Of a DNA stretch of 64,000 nucleotides, positions 18,275-30,875 are shown piece by piece. The position numbers were made by a program, and so were the translations under genes. The DNA is from an uncultured Actinomycetota bacterium (lineage in GTDB: Bacteria > Actinomycetota > Actinomycetes > Streptosporangiales > Streptosporangiaceae), in contig CAVQEN010000020.1 in assembly GCA_963711535.1 (NCBI GenBank), positions 220,211-284,210 on the forward strand, in the 5' to 3' direction. The notes under the pieces are model-generated. The model was not told where the DNA came from and searched no databases. It worked only from the letters and a program-made list of their open reading frames with translations. Position 1 is the first letter of the stretch; each line of letters begins with the position of its first letter.

Positions 18275-18720
18275 AACGCCACCGGCCCTTCCGTCAGGGC
18301 CAGGACGGCTGCGGGCGGTCGCCGGCCCGCGGCCGCGCCGGCCGCATCACCACGCGCACGCCGGCTGCGGAGCCCCGCTCAGAAAAGGGAAACTGAGACA
18401 CGCGCTCAAGGCAGCAACCGGGGGTACCCGTAAAGGGGCTCCAGCGTCAATCTAATTAGCGCCCGCGAACGGACCAAGGCGAACCAACGTCAGCAGACGG
18501 CGCACGCAGCACCAGGCTGACTCCCAGCCCTCGCCTTGTCCACCCCCAGTCCATACGGGCGACCAGCGGCTGCCGACGGCCACCTCGGCGCCCAGTTTCA
18601 TCACAGCGGGCGGGCCGAAGGCCCAGGGAATCTAAATAGAATGAGGCCAGCCCTGGCGGAATACCGTTACCAAGATCTGCACAACCGATGACCTGTCGCG
18701 ACTCGGGTGAGTATGCCGCT
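18275..18720 (-). ncRNA. Candidate bridge/seek-RNA-encoding non-coding left end of the IS110 element
   Basis: About 450 nt without a credible ORF lie directly 5' of the recombinase gene, inside the insertion. The stretch contains two AT-rich 11-mers, AATCTAATTAG (18449-18459) and AATCTAAATAG (18629-18639), in otherwise GC-rich sequence. The call rests on position only; no fold was computed. Confidence 0.25.
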
Positions 18721-18740
18721 GTTAGCGCCCCAGCCTCGGC

Positions 18741-18762
18741 TGTCGGCGGGTCCGCCTACAGT
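18741..18762 (+). promoter_or_regulatory. RecA-independent DNA-damage promoter-like motif (RecA-NDp / PafBC type) upstream of uvrB
   Basis: TGTCGGCG-N8-TACAGT at 18741-18762 matches the mycobacterial consensus tTGTCRgtg-N8-TAnnnT. It lies 30 nt upstream of uvrB ATG 18792, which has a GAGGTG RBS. Confidence 0.4.
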
Positions 18763-18791
18763 GGAGGGGTGCAGCAAGCCGAGGTGATGTC

Positions 18792-20903
18792 ATGCGGCCG
18801 GTAACTGACCTGCAGCGGCGGGTTGCCCCCTTCGACGTGGTCACCGAGATGGTGCCCGCCGGGGACCAGCCGCGCGCGATCTCCGAGATGGAGCAGCGCA
18901 TAGCGGGTGGCGCCAAGGACACCGTCCTGCTCGGCGCGACCGGGACGGGCAAGACGGCCACGGTCGCCTGGCTCGCCGAGCGGCTGCAGCGTCCCGTGCT
19001 GGTCATGCTGCCGAACAAGACGCTGGCCGCCCAGTTCGCCAACGAACTACGCGAGATGCTGCCCAGGAACGCGGTCGAGTACTTCGTCTCGTATTACGAC
19101 TACTACCAGCCTGAGGCGTACGTCCCGCAGACCGATACCTACATCGAGAAGGACTCCTCGATTAACGACGAGGTCGACCGGCTGCGGCACTCCGCGACGA
19201 ACTCGCTGCTGACGCGCCGGGACACCATCGTGGTGGCGTCGGTGTCCTGCATCTACGGACTCGGCACGCCGCAAGAGTACGTCGATCGGATGCTCAAAGT
19301 CCGCGTCGGCGACACCATCGAGCGGGACGGGCTGCTGCGCCAGCTCGTCGGCATGCATTATGCCCGGAACGACCTGGCCTTCACCCGCGGCACGTTCCGG
19401 GTCCGCGGCGACACGATCGAGGTCATCCCGCAGTACGAGGAGCTGGCCGTCCGGATCGAGATGTTCGGCGACGAGATCGAGCGGCTGATGACGCTCCACC
19501 CGCTGACCGGCGAGGTGATCAGCGAGGACGACGAACTGTACATCTTCCCGGCGTCGCACTACGTGGCCGGCCCGGAGCGGATGGAGCGGGCGATCGGGGG
19601 CATCGAGGCTGAGCTCGAGGAGCGGCTGGCTGAGCTCGAGCGCCTGGGCAAGCTACTCGAGGCGCAGCGCCTGCGCATGCGCACCACCTACGACATCGAG
19701 ATGATGCGCCAGGTCGGGAGCTGCTCGGGCATCGAGAACTACTCCCGCCACATCGACGGCCGCGAGGTCGGCAGCCCGCCGAACACACTGCTCGATTACT
19801 TCCCCGAGGACTTCCTGCTGGTCGTGGACGAGTCGCACAACACTGTGCCGCAGATCGGCGCGATGTACGAGGGCGACGTGTCGCGGAAGCGAGTGCTCGT
19901 CGACCACGGGTTCCGCCTGCCAAGCGCTATCGACAACCGGCCGCTGACCTGGGACGAGTTCGGCGACCGGATCGGACAGACGCTGTATCTGTCCGCGACT
20001 CCGGGGCCGTACGAGCTCCGCCAGACCGGCGGCGAGGTTATCGAGCAGGTCATCAGGCCGACTGGTCTCATCGACCCCGAGGTGATCATCAAGCCGACCA
20101 AGGGGCAGATCGACGACCTAGTCGGCGAGATCCGGGACCGGGCCGAGAAGTCCGAGCGCGTGCTCGTGACGACGCTGACGAAGAAGATGGCCGAGGACCT
20201 CACCGACTACCTCCTCGAGCTCGGCATCCGCGCCCGCTACCTGCACAGCGAGGTGGACACCTTGCGCCGGGTCGAGCTGCTCCGCGAGCTTCGGCTCGGC
20301 GAGTACGACGTCCTGGTCGGCATCAACCTGCTGCGCGAGGGACTGGACCTGCCGGAGGTCTCGCTGGTCGCGATCCTGGACGCGGACAAGGAGGGCTTCC
20401 TGCGGTCTGGCACGTCGCTCATCCAGACGATCGGCCGTGCGGCCCGGAACGTATCCGGTCAGGTGCACATGTACGCCGACAAGGTCACCCCGTCGATGCA
20501 GCGAGCGATCGATGAGACGAACCGGCGCCGCGACCGGCAGATTGCCTACAACCGGGAGCACGGCGTCGACCCGCAGCCGTTGCGGAAACGGATAGCCGAC
20601 ATCCTGGACCAGCTCGCCCGCGAGGACGCTGACACCGAGCAGCTGCTCGGCGGCTCGGGCCGGCAGCAGAGCCGGGGCAAGGCGCCGGTGCCCGGAGTCT
20701 CGTCCCGGGCGCGGGCGGCAACTGCGGCGGCCGGGGAGAGGGGCGGCCCTGCCCGCGCCGACCTCGCGGCACTGATCGCGGAGCTCGCAGAGCAGATGCA
20801 CGCGGCTGCGGCGGAGCTGCAGTTCGAGGTTGCCGCGCGCATCAGGGACGAGATTCGTGAGCTGAAGCACGAGCTGCGCGGAATGCAGGCCGCCGGCGTG
20901 TGA
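18792..20903 (+). CDS. uvrB: Excinuclease ABC subunit B
   Basis: [10 protein letters not shown] Walker [20 protein letters not shown], helicase motifs [30 protein letters not shown]-terminal UVR domain [13 protein letters not shown]. Confidence 0.97.
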   Translation: MRPVTDLQRRVAPFDVVTEMVPAGDQPRAISEMEQRIAGGAKDTVLLGATGTGKTATVAWLAERLQRPVLVMLPNKTLAAQFANELREMLPRNAVEYFVSYYDYYQPEAYVPQTDTYIEKDSSINDEVDRLRHSATNSLLTRRDTIVVASVSCIYGLGTPQEYVDRMLKVRVGDTIERDGLLRQLVGMHYARNDLAFTRGTFRVRGDTIEVIPQYEELAVRIEMFGDEIERLMTLHPLTGEVISEDDELYIFPASHYVAGPERMERAIGGIEAELEERLAELERLGKLLEAQRLRMRTTYDIEMMRQVGSCSGIENYSRHIDGREVGSPPNTLLDYFPEDFLLVVDESHNTVPQIGAMYEGDVSRKRVLVDHGFRLPSAIDNRPLTWDEFGDRIGQTLYLSATPGPYELRQTGGEVIEQVIRPTGLIDPEVIIKPTKGQIDDLVGEIRDRAEKSERVLVTTLTKKMAEDLTDYLLELGIRARYLHSEVDTLRRVELLRELRLGEYDVLVGINLLREGLDLPEVSLVAILDADKEGFLRSGTSLIQTIGRAARNVSGQVHMYADKVTPSMQRAIDETNRRRDRQIAYNREHGVDPQPLRKRIADILDQLAREDADTEQLLGGSGRQQSRGKAPVPGVSSRARAATAAAGERGGPARADLAALIAELAEQMHAAAAELQFEVAARIRDEIRELKHELRGMQAAGV

Positions 20904-21004
20904 GGCGGCCTGGTGAAGATTCCCCTGGTACTGATACCGCCGGCCCGCTGAGGGCCGGGTAGCCGCAGGTAAGCGGGCGGATGACGGCAGCGTAGGGTCG
21001 AGGC

Positions 21005-21967
21005 ATGCTGGCGAGCCTGGGGGCCGCGGTGGTTGCGGCCCTGTGCTACGGGATTGCTTCGGTAATGCAGGCGATTGCCGTGCGGCAGGCCAGCCATCGG
21101 ACCGCCGAGGTCGCCGGGTCGGCCGGTCAGGGCGTCGATCCGGGACTACTTGTCCGGATGCTCCGGCAATGGCTTTTCCTGATCAGCATCGCCATCGACC
21201 TCGTCGGCTTCGTCGCTCAGCTGGTGGCCCTGCGGCGATTGCCGATCTTCGCGGTCCAGGCGATCGTGGCGGCAAACCTCGCGGTGACCGCGGTGTGCGC
21301 GGCCTGGCTCATGAAGATGCGCCTGGAGATGCGCGAGTGGATTGCCGTGGCTGGCGTTGTCGTCGGCGTTGCCCTGCTCGGCTTGTCGGCCGGTGCCCAG
21401 GGTGCCCGGCATGTGCACCCGCCTTTCGAGCTCGGGCTGATCATCGCGGTTATCGGCGTGGGACTCGGCGGCTTCGCCGTGGCCAGGCTCCCGAACCCCG
21501 TCCGCACGCCGGCGCTCGGCGCCACCGCCGGGCTCGGCTATGCGGTCCTCGCGGTCTCGGCCCGGATCCTGCCCGGCTTTGCGCCCCTGGAGCTGCTGCG
21601 GAGCCCGGCGACGTACACGCTCGCAGCTGCCGGAATTGTCTCGTTCATGCTGTATGCCACTGCGCTCGAGGGCGGCAGCGTCACCACGGCCACGGCCGCG
21701 GTGGTGCTGGCAGAGACCCTGCCGCCTGCTGTGGTCGGGGTGCTGTTCCTGGGCGACACCACGCGGCGCGGCCTGTCCGTCGTGGCCGGGCTCGGCTTCG
21801 CGCTCGCCGTATTCTGCGCCGTCGCGCTCGCCCGGTTCGGCGAGGGCGGCCAGAGCGAGAGCGGCGATGAGGACGAAGCCGGGGCCGGTGACGTGGGCGA
21901 GACCGTTCGCCGGCGCGCGGCCTTAGCGTTCCCGGATCAGCCTGATCGCAGCGGCCGTGTCAGTTAA
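21005..21967 (+). CDS. Integral membrane protein (DMT/EamA-like, about 9-10 helices)
   Basis: Continuous hydrophobic helices (AAVVAALCYGIASVMQAIAV, LFLISIAIDLVGFVAQLVAL, IVAANLAVTAVCAAWL ...) with an acidic C-terminal tail. No catalytic motif recognised. Confidence 0.65.
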   Translation: MLASLGAAVVAALCYGIASVMQAIAVRQASHRTAEVAGSAGQGVDPGLLVRMLRQWLFLISIAIDLVGFVAQLVALRRLPIFAVQAIVAANLAVTAVCAAWLMKMRLEMREWIAVAGVVVGVALLGLSAGAQGARHVHPPFELGLIIAVIGVGLGGFAVARLPNPVRTPALGATAGLGYAVLAVSARILPGFAPLELLRSPATYTLAAAGIVSFMLYATALEGGSVTTATAAVVLAETLPPAVVGVLFLGDTTRRGLSVVAGLGFALAVFCAVALARFGEGGQSESGDEDEAGAGDVGETVRRRAALAFPDQPDRSGRVS

Positions 21968-22082
21968 ATGGGCGTTAAGCGGGCGGGGGCTTTTCCGGCA
22001 GACAACCCGCTAGCGCCCTAAATCCGGCACGGTTTGTCCTGCCGCTGAGTCGTGTCTGCGCAGCGTATGGCGCCGCGCCTGA

Positions 22083-24502
<2,420 letters not shown>

Positions 24503-24505
24503 TCG

Positions 24506-24533
24506 CAGCCGCGGTCTGACAGCCGCGGTCTGA
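24506..24533. repeat. Perfect tandem duplication of a 14-mer upstream of ald
   Basis: CAGCCGCGGTCTGA occurs twice back to back (24506-24519, 24520-24533), about 60 nt before ald ATG 24592. Confidence 0.9.
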
Positions 24534-24591
24534 TAATGACCGTCCGGCACCAGGCCGGGCAGATCGGCACGCGAGGAAGGACACAAGGCCA

Positions 24592-25703
<1,112 letters not shown>

Positions 25704-25707
<4 letters not shown>

Positions 25708-26702
25708 CCACCCTCGCCCGTGCTATCGGGCGGTATCTCGACCACCTGGCCGTGGAGCGGGGTCTCGCCGAGCACACGCTGCAGGCGTACCGCCGTGACC
25801 TGCAGCGCTATGCGGAAACTCTGGCCGCGGCCGGGCGGGTCGAGATCGAGCAGGTCGCTGCCGCGGACATCGCCGGTTTCCTGGCCGGGCTGCGCGAGGG
25901 TGACGAGACCCACCTGCCCCTCGCTGCCAGCTCGGCCAGCCGGGCCGTCGTGGCGGTCCGCGGGCTGCACGCGTTCGCGCTCGCGGAGGGCCTCGCGCCC
26001 GAGAACCCGGCGAGATCCGTCAAGCCGCCCGCGCCGCCCCGGCGACTACCCAAGGCCATCCCGGTCAGCGACGTCGAGAAGCTGCTGGCGGCAGCGGGCA
26101 TCGGGCCGGCGGCGCTGCGCGATCGCGCGCTTCTCGAGCTGCTGTACGGGACGGGTGCGCGCATCTCCGAGGCAGTCGGGCTGGACGTAGACGACATCGA
26201 GCTGCCCGCCCCGTCCCGGCTGTACGCCGCGGCGGCCGTCCCGTCGCCGGCGGCGGCGGCGACGGACGGACCGCCCGCTGCTCCGTGTACCGTGCGGCTG
26301 AGCGGCAAGGGCGGCAAGCAGCGTCTGGTGCCGGTCGGCAGCTTCGCGCTCGAGGCTGTAGGCGCCTACCTGGTCAGGACGCGGCCGGCGCTCGCAGCCG
26401 CTTCCGGCCGTGGCCAGCCGAGTCCGGCGCTGTTCCTCAACGCGCGCGGCGGGCGTCTCACCCGGCAGGGTGCCTGGGGGGCGCTGCGCGCGGCAGCGGC
26501 GCGCGCCGGGCTCAGCGATGTGTCGCCGCACGTGCTCCGTCACTCGTTCGCGACGCACCTGCTCGACGGTGGCGCTGACGTGCGGGTCGTGCAGGAGCTC
26601 CTCGGCCACGCATCGGTCACGACCACTCAGGTCTACACTCTGGTGACCGTCGACAAGCTGCGCGAGGTATACGCAGCCGCGCATCCGCGGGCGCGAGGCT
26701 AA
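25704..26702 (+). CDS. xerD: Site-specific tyrosine recombinase XerD
   Basis: [83 protein letters not shown]. The only plausible start is CTG 25704, 7 nt after GGAGG, overlapping the ald stop. There is no in-frame ATG/GTG/TTG between it and the conserved N-terminus. Confidence 0.85.
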
Positions 26703-26852
26703 ACCGCGACGGACGCAGGCGGCTCGCACATCTGACGCATGCGGCTCATTTACCGTAGAGCGGAGTGGCGGCTTGCCGCCCGCAGGCACAGCGCCTAGAG
26801 TCCCTGTTCCAGTGAGCGCATTCTGCGCTAGCCGCCGGGAGGTGCGGTAGCT

Positions 26853-27755
26853 GTGACAGCATCCCAAATCCTCGAGGTCAGGCCCGGTCTGGTGGGACCG
26901 ACCGGAAGGCCATTGCCGGTGTTCCCTGTCCCCGAGCCGCTTGCCGTTCACGGTCCGGCTCGGATCGCAGCCGTCTGCAACCAGAAGGGCGGCGTCGGCA
27001 AGACCACCACGACCATCAACCTGGGCGCGGCACTCGCCGAGCATGGCCGCCGTGTCCTGCTCGTCGACTTCGACCCGCAGGGCGCTCTGTCAGTCGGTCT
27101 CGGCGTGCAGCCCCACGAGCTAGACGCCACGGTCTACAACCTGCTGATGGAACGCGCGCTCACCGCGCACGACGTCGTCATCAAGACCCGCGTCGACGGC
27201 ATGGACCTGCTGCCCAGCAACATCGACCTGTCCGGAGCCGAGGTCCAGCTCGTGCACGAGGTCGGCCGTGAGTTCGTCCTCGGCCGTGTGCTGCAGCCGG
27301 TGATACCGGACTACGACATCATCCTCATCGACTGCCAGCCGTCGCTCGGCCTGCTCACGGTGAACGCTCTCGCCTGCGCCGACGGGGTTCTCGTTCCGCT
27401 CGAGTGCGAGTATTTCGCGCTGCGCGGAGTCGCGCTGCTCATGGAAACCATCGACAAGGTGTCGTCACGGCTCAGCCCGAAACTCGCCGTCGACGGACTG
27501 CTCGCGACGATGTACGACTCCCGTACCCTGCACACCCGCGAAGTGCTGGCCGGAGTCGTCGAGGGATTCGGCGACCAGGTATTTCACACTGTCATCAGCC
27601 GGACGGTGCGCTTCCCTGACGCTACGGTTGCTGGTGAGCCGATAACCAGGTTCGATCCTGCGTGCAACGGCGCCAGTTCCTACCGAGAGCTGGCCAAGGA
27701 GGTACTGGACAGGTGGCGTCGGGGGGTTCCCGCGGGTCCCGTTCGCGCCGGGTAA
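26853..27755 (+). CDS. ParA/Soj-family ATPase
   Basis: Deviant Walker A CNQKGGVGKTTTTINLG, VLLVDFDPQGA, IIILIDCQPSLGLLTVNAL. It sits upstream of scpA-scpB as in other actinobacteria. Confidence 0.85.
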   Translation: MTASQILEVRPGLVGPTGRPLPVFPVPEPLAVHGPARIAAVCNQKGGVGKTTTTINLGAALAEHGRRVLLVDFDPQGALSVGLGVQPHELDATVYNLLMERALTAHDVVIKTRVDGMDLLPSNIDLSGAEVQLVHEVGREFVLGRVLQPVIPDYDIILIDCQPSLGLLTVNALACADGVLVPLECEYFALRGVALLMETIDKVSSRLSPKLAVDGLLATMYDSRTLHTREVLAGVVEGFGDQVFHTVISRTVRFPDATVAGEPITRFDPACNGASSYRELAKEVLDRWRRGVPAGPVRAG

Positions 27756-27812
27756 GCCTGCCAGGAGTCGCAGAGCTGCTCCGGCCGCCGGCCAGGATTC
27801 CGGCGGTACAGA

Positions 27813-28039
27813 GTGAACGACAAGCGAGCGGCAGGGAAAGCCACCCTCAGAAAATTACCGTCTACCTCTCCGGTCCCGAGCTCCTCGAGCTGGAACGCGC
27901 TCGTCTCGCGCTCCGGTCATACGGCATCTCGGCCGACCGGGGCCGCCTCGTCCGGGAGGCGATCGCGGTCCTGCTGGCCGACCTGGACGCGGCGGGGGAG
28001 GACAGCCTGCTGGCGCAGCGACTGCGCGAAACGAGCTGA
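27813..28039 (+). pseudogene. Small ribbon-helix-helix (ParG/CopG-like) protein gene, interrupted by a frameshift or using a non-canonical start
   Basis: One frame reads KITVYLSGPELLELERARLALRSYGISADRGRLVREAIAVLLADL (beta-strand/helix/helix pattern) up to TGA 28037-28039 but has no ATG/GTG/TTG after the parA stop. GTG 27813 is in another frame. One extra A in the AAAA run at 27851-27854 would give VNDKRAAGKATLRKITVYLSGPE.... Confidence 0.5.
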
Positions 28040-28057
28040 GGATCCAGTAGTCTCCCG

Positions 28058-28891
28058 ATGAATCTCATGACAACCAGCGAATCGAGCGAGGTCGCGCCGG
28101 AGCCGGGCGCGCCCGCCAGCGGCTTCCAGGTCCACCTCGACGTGTTCGAGGGGCCGTTCGACCTGCTGCTCGCGCTGATCTCCAAGCACAAGCTGGACAT
28201 CACCGAGATCGCGCTCTCGAGCGTGACCGACGAGTTCATCGGGTACATCCGGGCCCTGGCCGGCGGGTGGGACCTCGACCAGGCTAGCTACTTCCTGGTC
28301 GTCGCGGCGACGCTCCTGGACCTCAAGGCTGCGCGCCTGCTGCCGTCCGGCGAAGTCGACGACGAGGAAGACCTGGCCCTGCTGGAGGCGCGGGACCTGC
28401 TGTTCGCCCGGCTGCTGCAGTACCGGGCGTACAAGCAGGTGGCGGAAGTTTTCACGGGCCGCCTGGTGCAGGAGGGGCGGCGGTTCCCGCGCCGAGTCGC
28501 GATGGAGCCGCGGTTCGCGGAGCTGCTGCCCGAGGTGCTCATCGGCATCGGCGCGGCCGAGTTCGCCGCCATCGCGGCACGCGTCCTGGCGCCGCGCGAG
28601 CCGCCGGCGGTATCGACGGCCCACCTGCACGTCCCGCGTACCTCGGTCCGGGAGCAGGCTGAGATACTGCTAGCACGGCTGCGGACTGTGCGCCGGGCGA
28701 CGTTCCGGCAGCTCATCGCCGATGCGGCCGGGACCTACGAGGTCGTCGCGCGATTCCTGGCAGCGCTCGAGCTGCACCGGGACGGGCTTGTCGCCCTGGA
28801 CCAGGTAGCGCCGCTCGGTGATCTGTACCTGTCCTGGACCGACCACGGCGACCGCGACATCCGCCATGATCACGAGGAATACGATGGATAA
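28058..28891 (+). CDS. scpA: Segregation and condensation protein A
   Basis: FQVHLDVFEGPFDLLLALISKHKLDITEIALSSVTDEFIGYI, typical ScpA kleisin N-terminus. Confidence 0.9.
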   Translation: MNLMTTSESSEVAPEPGAPASGFQVHLDVFEGPFDLLLALISKHKLDITEIALSSVTDEFIGYIRALAGGWDLDQASYFLVVAATLLDLKAARLLPSGEVDDEEDLALLEARDLLFARLLQYRAYKQVAEVFTGRLVQEGRRFPRRVAMEPRFAELLPEVLIGIGAAEFAAIAARVLAPREPPAVSTAHLHVPRTSVREQAEILLARLRTVRRATFRQLIADAAGTYEVVARFLAALELHRDGLVALDQVAPLGDLYLSWTDHGDRDIRHDHEEYDG

Positions 28892-29540
28892 CGGGCCCGA
28901 CGAGGCCAGAACCGCTGAGGTTGACGCAAGCACCGTTGCTGGAAGCACCGTTGCCGCAAGCACGGGGGAAGCCGACAGTGCCCCGCGGCCGGCACTGCGC
29001 ATGAGCCTGGAGGCGATCCTGCTCGTCGCCGACGAGCCGGTGCCGGAGCAGCAGCTTGCCGACGCCGCGCAGGAGGCGACGCCGGCGGTCGCGACGGCGC
29101 TGCGGGAGCTGGCCGATTCCTACACTGCCGAGCAGCGTGGCTTCGACCTGCGCGAGGTCGCGGGGGGCTGGCGCCTGTACACCCGGGCCGAGTGCGCCGA
29201 CGTGGTCGAGCGCTACGTCAGCGAGGGCCAGGAGATCCGGCTGACCCAGGCGGCGCTTGAGACGCTGGCCGTGGTGGCCTACCGGCAGCCGGTCAGCCGC
29301 GCCCGCGTGTCGGCCGTCCGCGGCGTGAACTGCGACGGAGTGATGCGCACGCTGGTGCTCCGCGGGCTCGTCGGGGAAGCGGGCACCGACCCGGAGACCG
29401 GCGCGATCCTCTTCCAGACCACCGGCTATTTCCTGGAGCGGCTGGGGCTTGCCCGACTGACCGATCTGCCGGAGCTGACCCCGTTCCTGCCCGATCATCT
29501 GGACGACGACCTGGACCTGAGTCATGACGGCCTCCGGTGA
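28884..29540 (+). CDS. scpB: Segregation and condensation protein B
   Basis: LEAILLVADEPV, GFDLREVAGGWRLYT, LTQAALETLAVVAYRQPVSRARVSAVRGVNCDGVMRTLVLRGLV. ATG 28884 overlaps the scpA stop (ATGGATAA). Confidence 0.9.
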   Translation: MDNGPDEARTAEVDASTVAGSTVAASTGEADSAPRPALRMSLEAILLVADEPVPEQQLADAAQEATPAVATALRELADSYTAEQRGFDLREVAGGWRLYTRAECADVVERYVSEGQEIRLTQAALETLAVVAYRQPVSRARVSAVRGVNCDGVMRTLVLRGLVGEAGTDPETGAILFQTTGYFLERLGLARLTDLPELTPFLPDHLDDDLDLSHDGLR

Positions 29541-30462
29541 GGGTCCGCGGGGCCGTCGCGGTAGCAGGAATCCGCGGGGCGCTCGCCAGCCAGGCCAGGA
29601 CGTCATCAGCGGGCTCAGCGACGCCGATCTCGCCCGCGCGCGTGCGGCGGGCGCGAGCCTGGCCGCGGAGCTCGGCCACGACGACGATGACTGGGGCGAT
29701 GGCGGGCCCGGTGAGCGGGACTCGCTCACTGATGTCCCCGGCGGCGTCCGGCTGCAGAAGGTGCTGGCGGCCGCGGGCGTGGGGAGCAGGCGGCACTGCG
29801 AGGAGCTGATCGGCGCCGGCCGGGTGAAAGTCGACGGCGAGATCGTCCGCAGGTTCGGCGCTCGGGTGGACCCGCAGCGCCAGGTGATCCGGGTCGACGG
29901 GAAGCGCATCCCGGCCAGCGAGGATCTCGTCTACGTCGCGCTCAACAAGCCCGCGGGTGTCCTGACGTCGATGTCCGACAGCCGCGGTCGGGCGACGATG
30001 ACCGACCTGCTCGGCGATGTCGCCGAGCGGCTTTTCCATGTCGGCCGGCTGGACTACGACACCGAGGGCCTGATGCTGCTGACGAACGACGGCGAGCTGG
30101 CGCACCGGCTCGCGCATCCACGGTTCGGCGTGCCGAAGACCTACCTGGCCGAGGTTCCCGGTCCGGTCCGGCGTGACCTGGCCCGCCAGCTCCTCAGCGG
30201 CATCGAGCTTGAGGACGGGCTGGCGAGTGCGGACAAGTTCCGCGTGGTAGAGCAGGCGTCTGGCCGCGCGCTGGTGGAGATTACCCTGCATGAAGGGCGC
30301 AAGCACATTGTGCGCCGCATGCTTGCCGCAGCCGGGCACCCGGTGAGCAGGCTGGTCCGGACTCGGGTCGGGCCGGTTTCGCTCGGCTCACTGCGGCCGG
30401 GCACGACCAGGCGGCTGTCCACAAAGGAAGTCGGCGACCTGTACGCCGCGGTGGGTCTGTAA
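29524..30462 (+). CDS. rluB: Pseudouridine synthase (RluB/RsuA family) with S4 domain
   Basis: S4 domain VRLQKVLAAAGVGSRRHCEELIGAGRVKVDG and catalytic HVGRLDYDTEGLMLLTNDGELAHRL. Confidence 0.85.
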   Translation: MTASGEGPRGRRGSRNPRGARQPGQDVISGLSDADLARARAAGASLAAELGHDDDDWGDGGPGERDSLTDVPGGVRLQKVLAAAGVGSRRHCEELIGAGRVKVDGEIVRRFGARVDPQRQVIRVDGKRIPASEDLVYVALNKPAGVLTSMSDSRGRATMTDLLGDVAERLFHVGRLDYDTEGLMLLTNDGELAHRLAHPRFGVPKTYLAEVPGPVRRDLARQLLSGIELEDGLASADKFRVVEQASGRALVEITLHEGRKHIVRRMLAAAGHPVSRLVRTRVGPVSLGSLRPGTTRRLSTKEVGDLYAAVGL

Positions 30463-30512
30463 GAGCGGTGGGCCTGTAAGAGCCGCCAGCTGCTGAGAAT
30501 CAGGAGGGGCAT

Positions 30513-30875
30513 GTGGCTGTCCGTGCAGTCCGCGGCGCGGTTCAGGTAGACGGCGACGACCGGGCAGAGATCCTGGCCGGGACGACGGACCTGGTAACCG
30601 AAGTGATGACGCGCAACGAGCTGACGACCGACGACGTCATCAGCGTCATCTTCACCGCGACACCGGACCTGACGGCCGAGTTTCCGGCACTGGCGGCGCG
30701 CAAGCTCGGCTTCCAGGAAGTGCCCCTGCTGTGCGCGTCCGAGCTGAGCGTACCCGGCGCGATGCCGCGCGTCGTGCGGCTGATGATGCACATCGAGACG
30801 AGCAAGCCGCGCTCGGCGATTCAGCACGTCTATCTGCGCGGCGCGGCGGCGCTCCGCCTGGACATCGCCCAGTGA
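30513..30875 (+). CDS. aroH: Chorismate mutase, AroH class
   Basis: VRAVRGAVQV ... DVISVIFTATPDLTAEFPA ... VPLLCASELSVPGAMPRVVRLMMH. 120 aa, GTG start. Confidence 0.85.
   Translation: MAVRAVRGAVQVDGDDRAEILAGTTDLVTEVMTRNELTTDDVISVIFTATPDLTAEFPALAARKLGFQEVPLLCASELSVPGAMPRVVRLMMHIETSKPRSAIQHVYLRGAAALRLDIAQ

Larger units (their letters stand above)
16960..18720 (-). mobile_element. IS110-family insertion sequence (ends not determined)
   Basis: A single DEDD-type transposase gene lies between the glycosyltransferase start (16818) and the uvrB promoter (18741). A short non-coding tail follows the stop and roughly 450 nt of non-coding sequence precedes the start. No convincing terminal inverted repeats, as expected for IS110. 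Confidence 0.6.

Noticed and set aside
16942-18677. Possible terminal inverted repeats of the IS110 element (GGATCTTAAC at 16942-16951 versus GTTACCAAGATC at 18666-18677).
   Set aside because: The match needs a 2-nt gap and is only about 10 nt. IS110-family elements usually lack terminal inverted repeats, so it is not used to define the ends.
27846-27860. Programmed -1 ribosomal frameshifting as an explanation for the split RHH gene.
   Set aside because: The site (CUC AGA AAA UUA) is not an X XXY YYZ slippery heptamer, and P-site re-pairing would fail. A simple indel in the A-run is more parsimonious.
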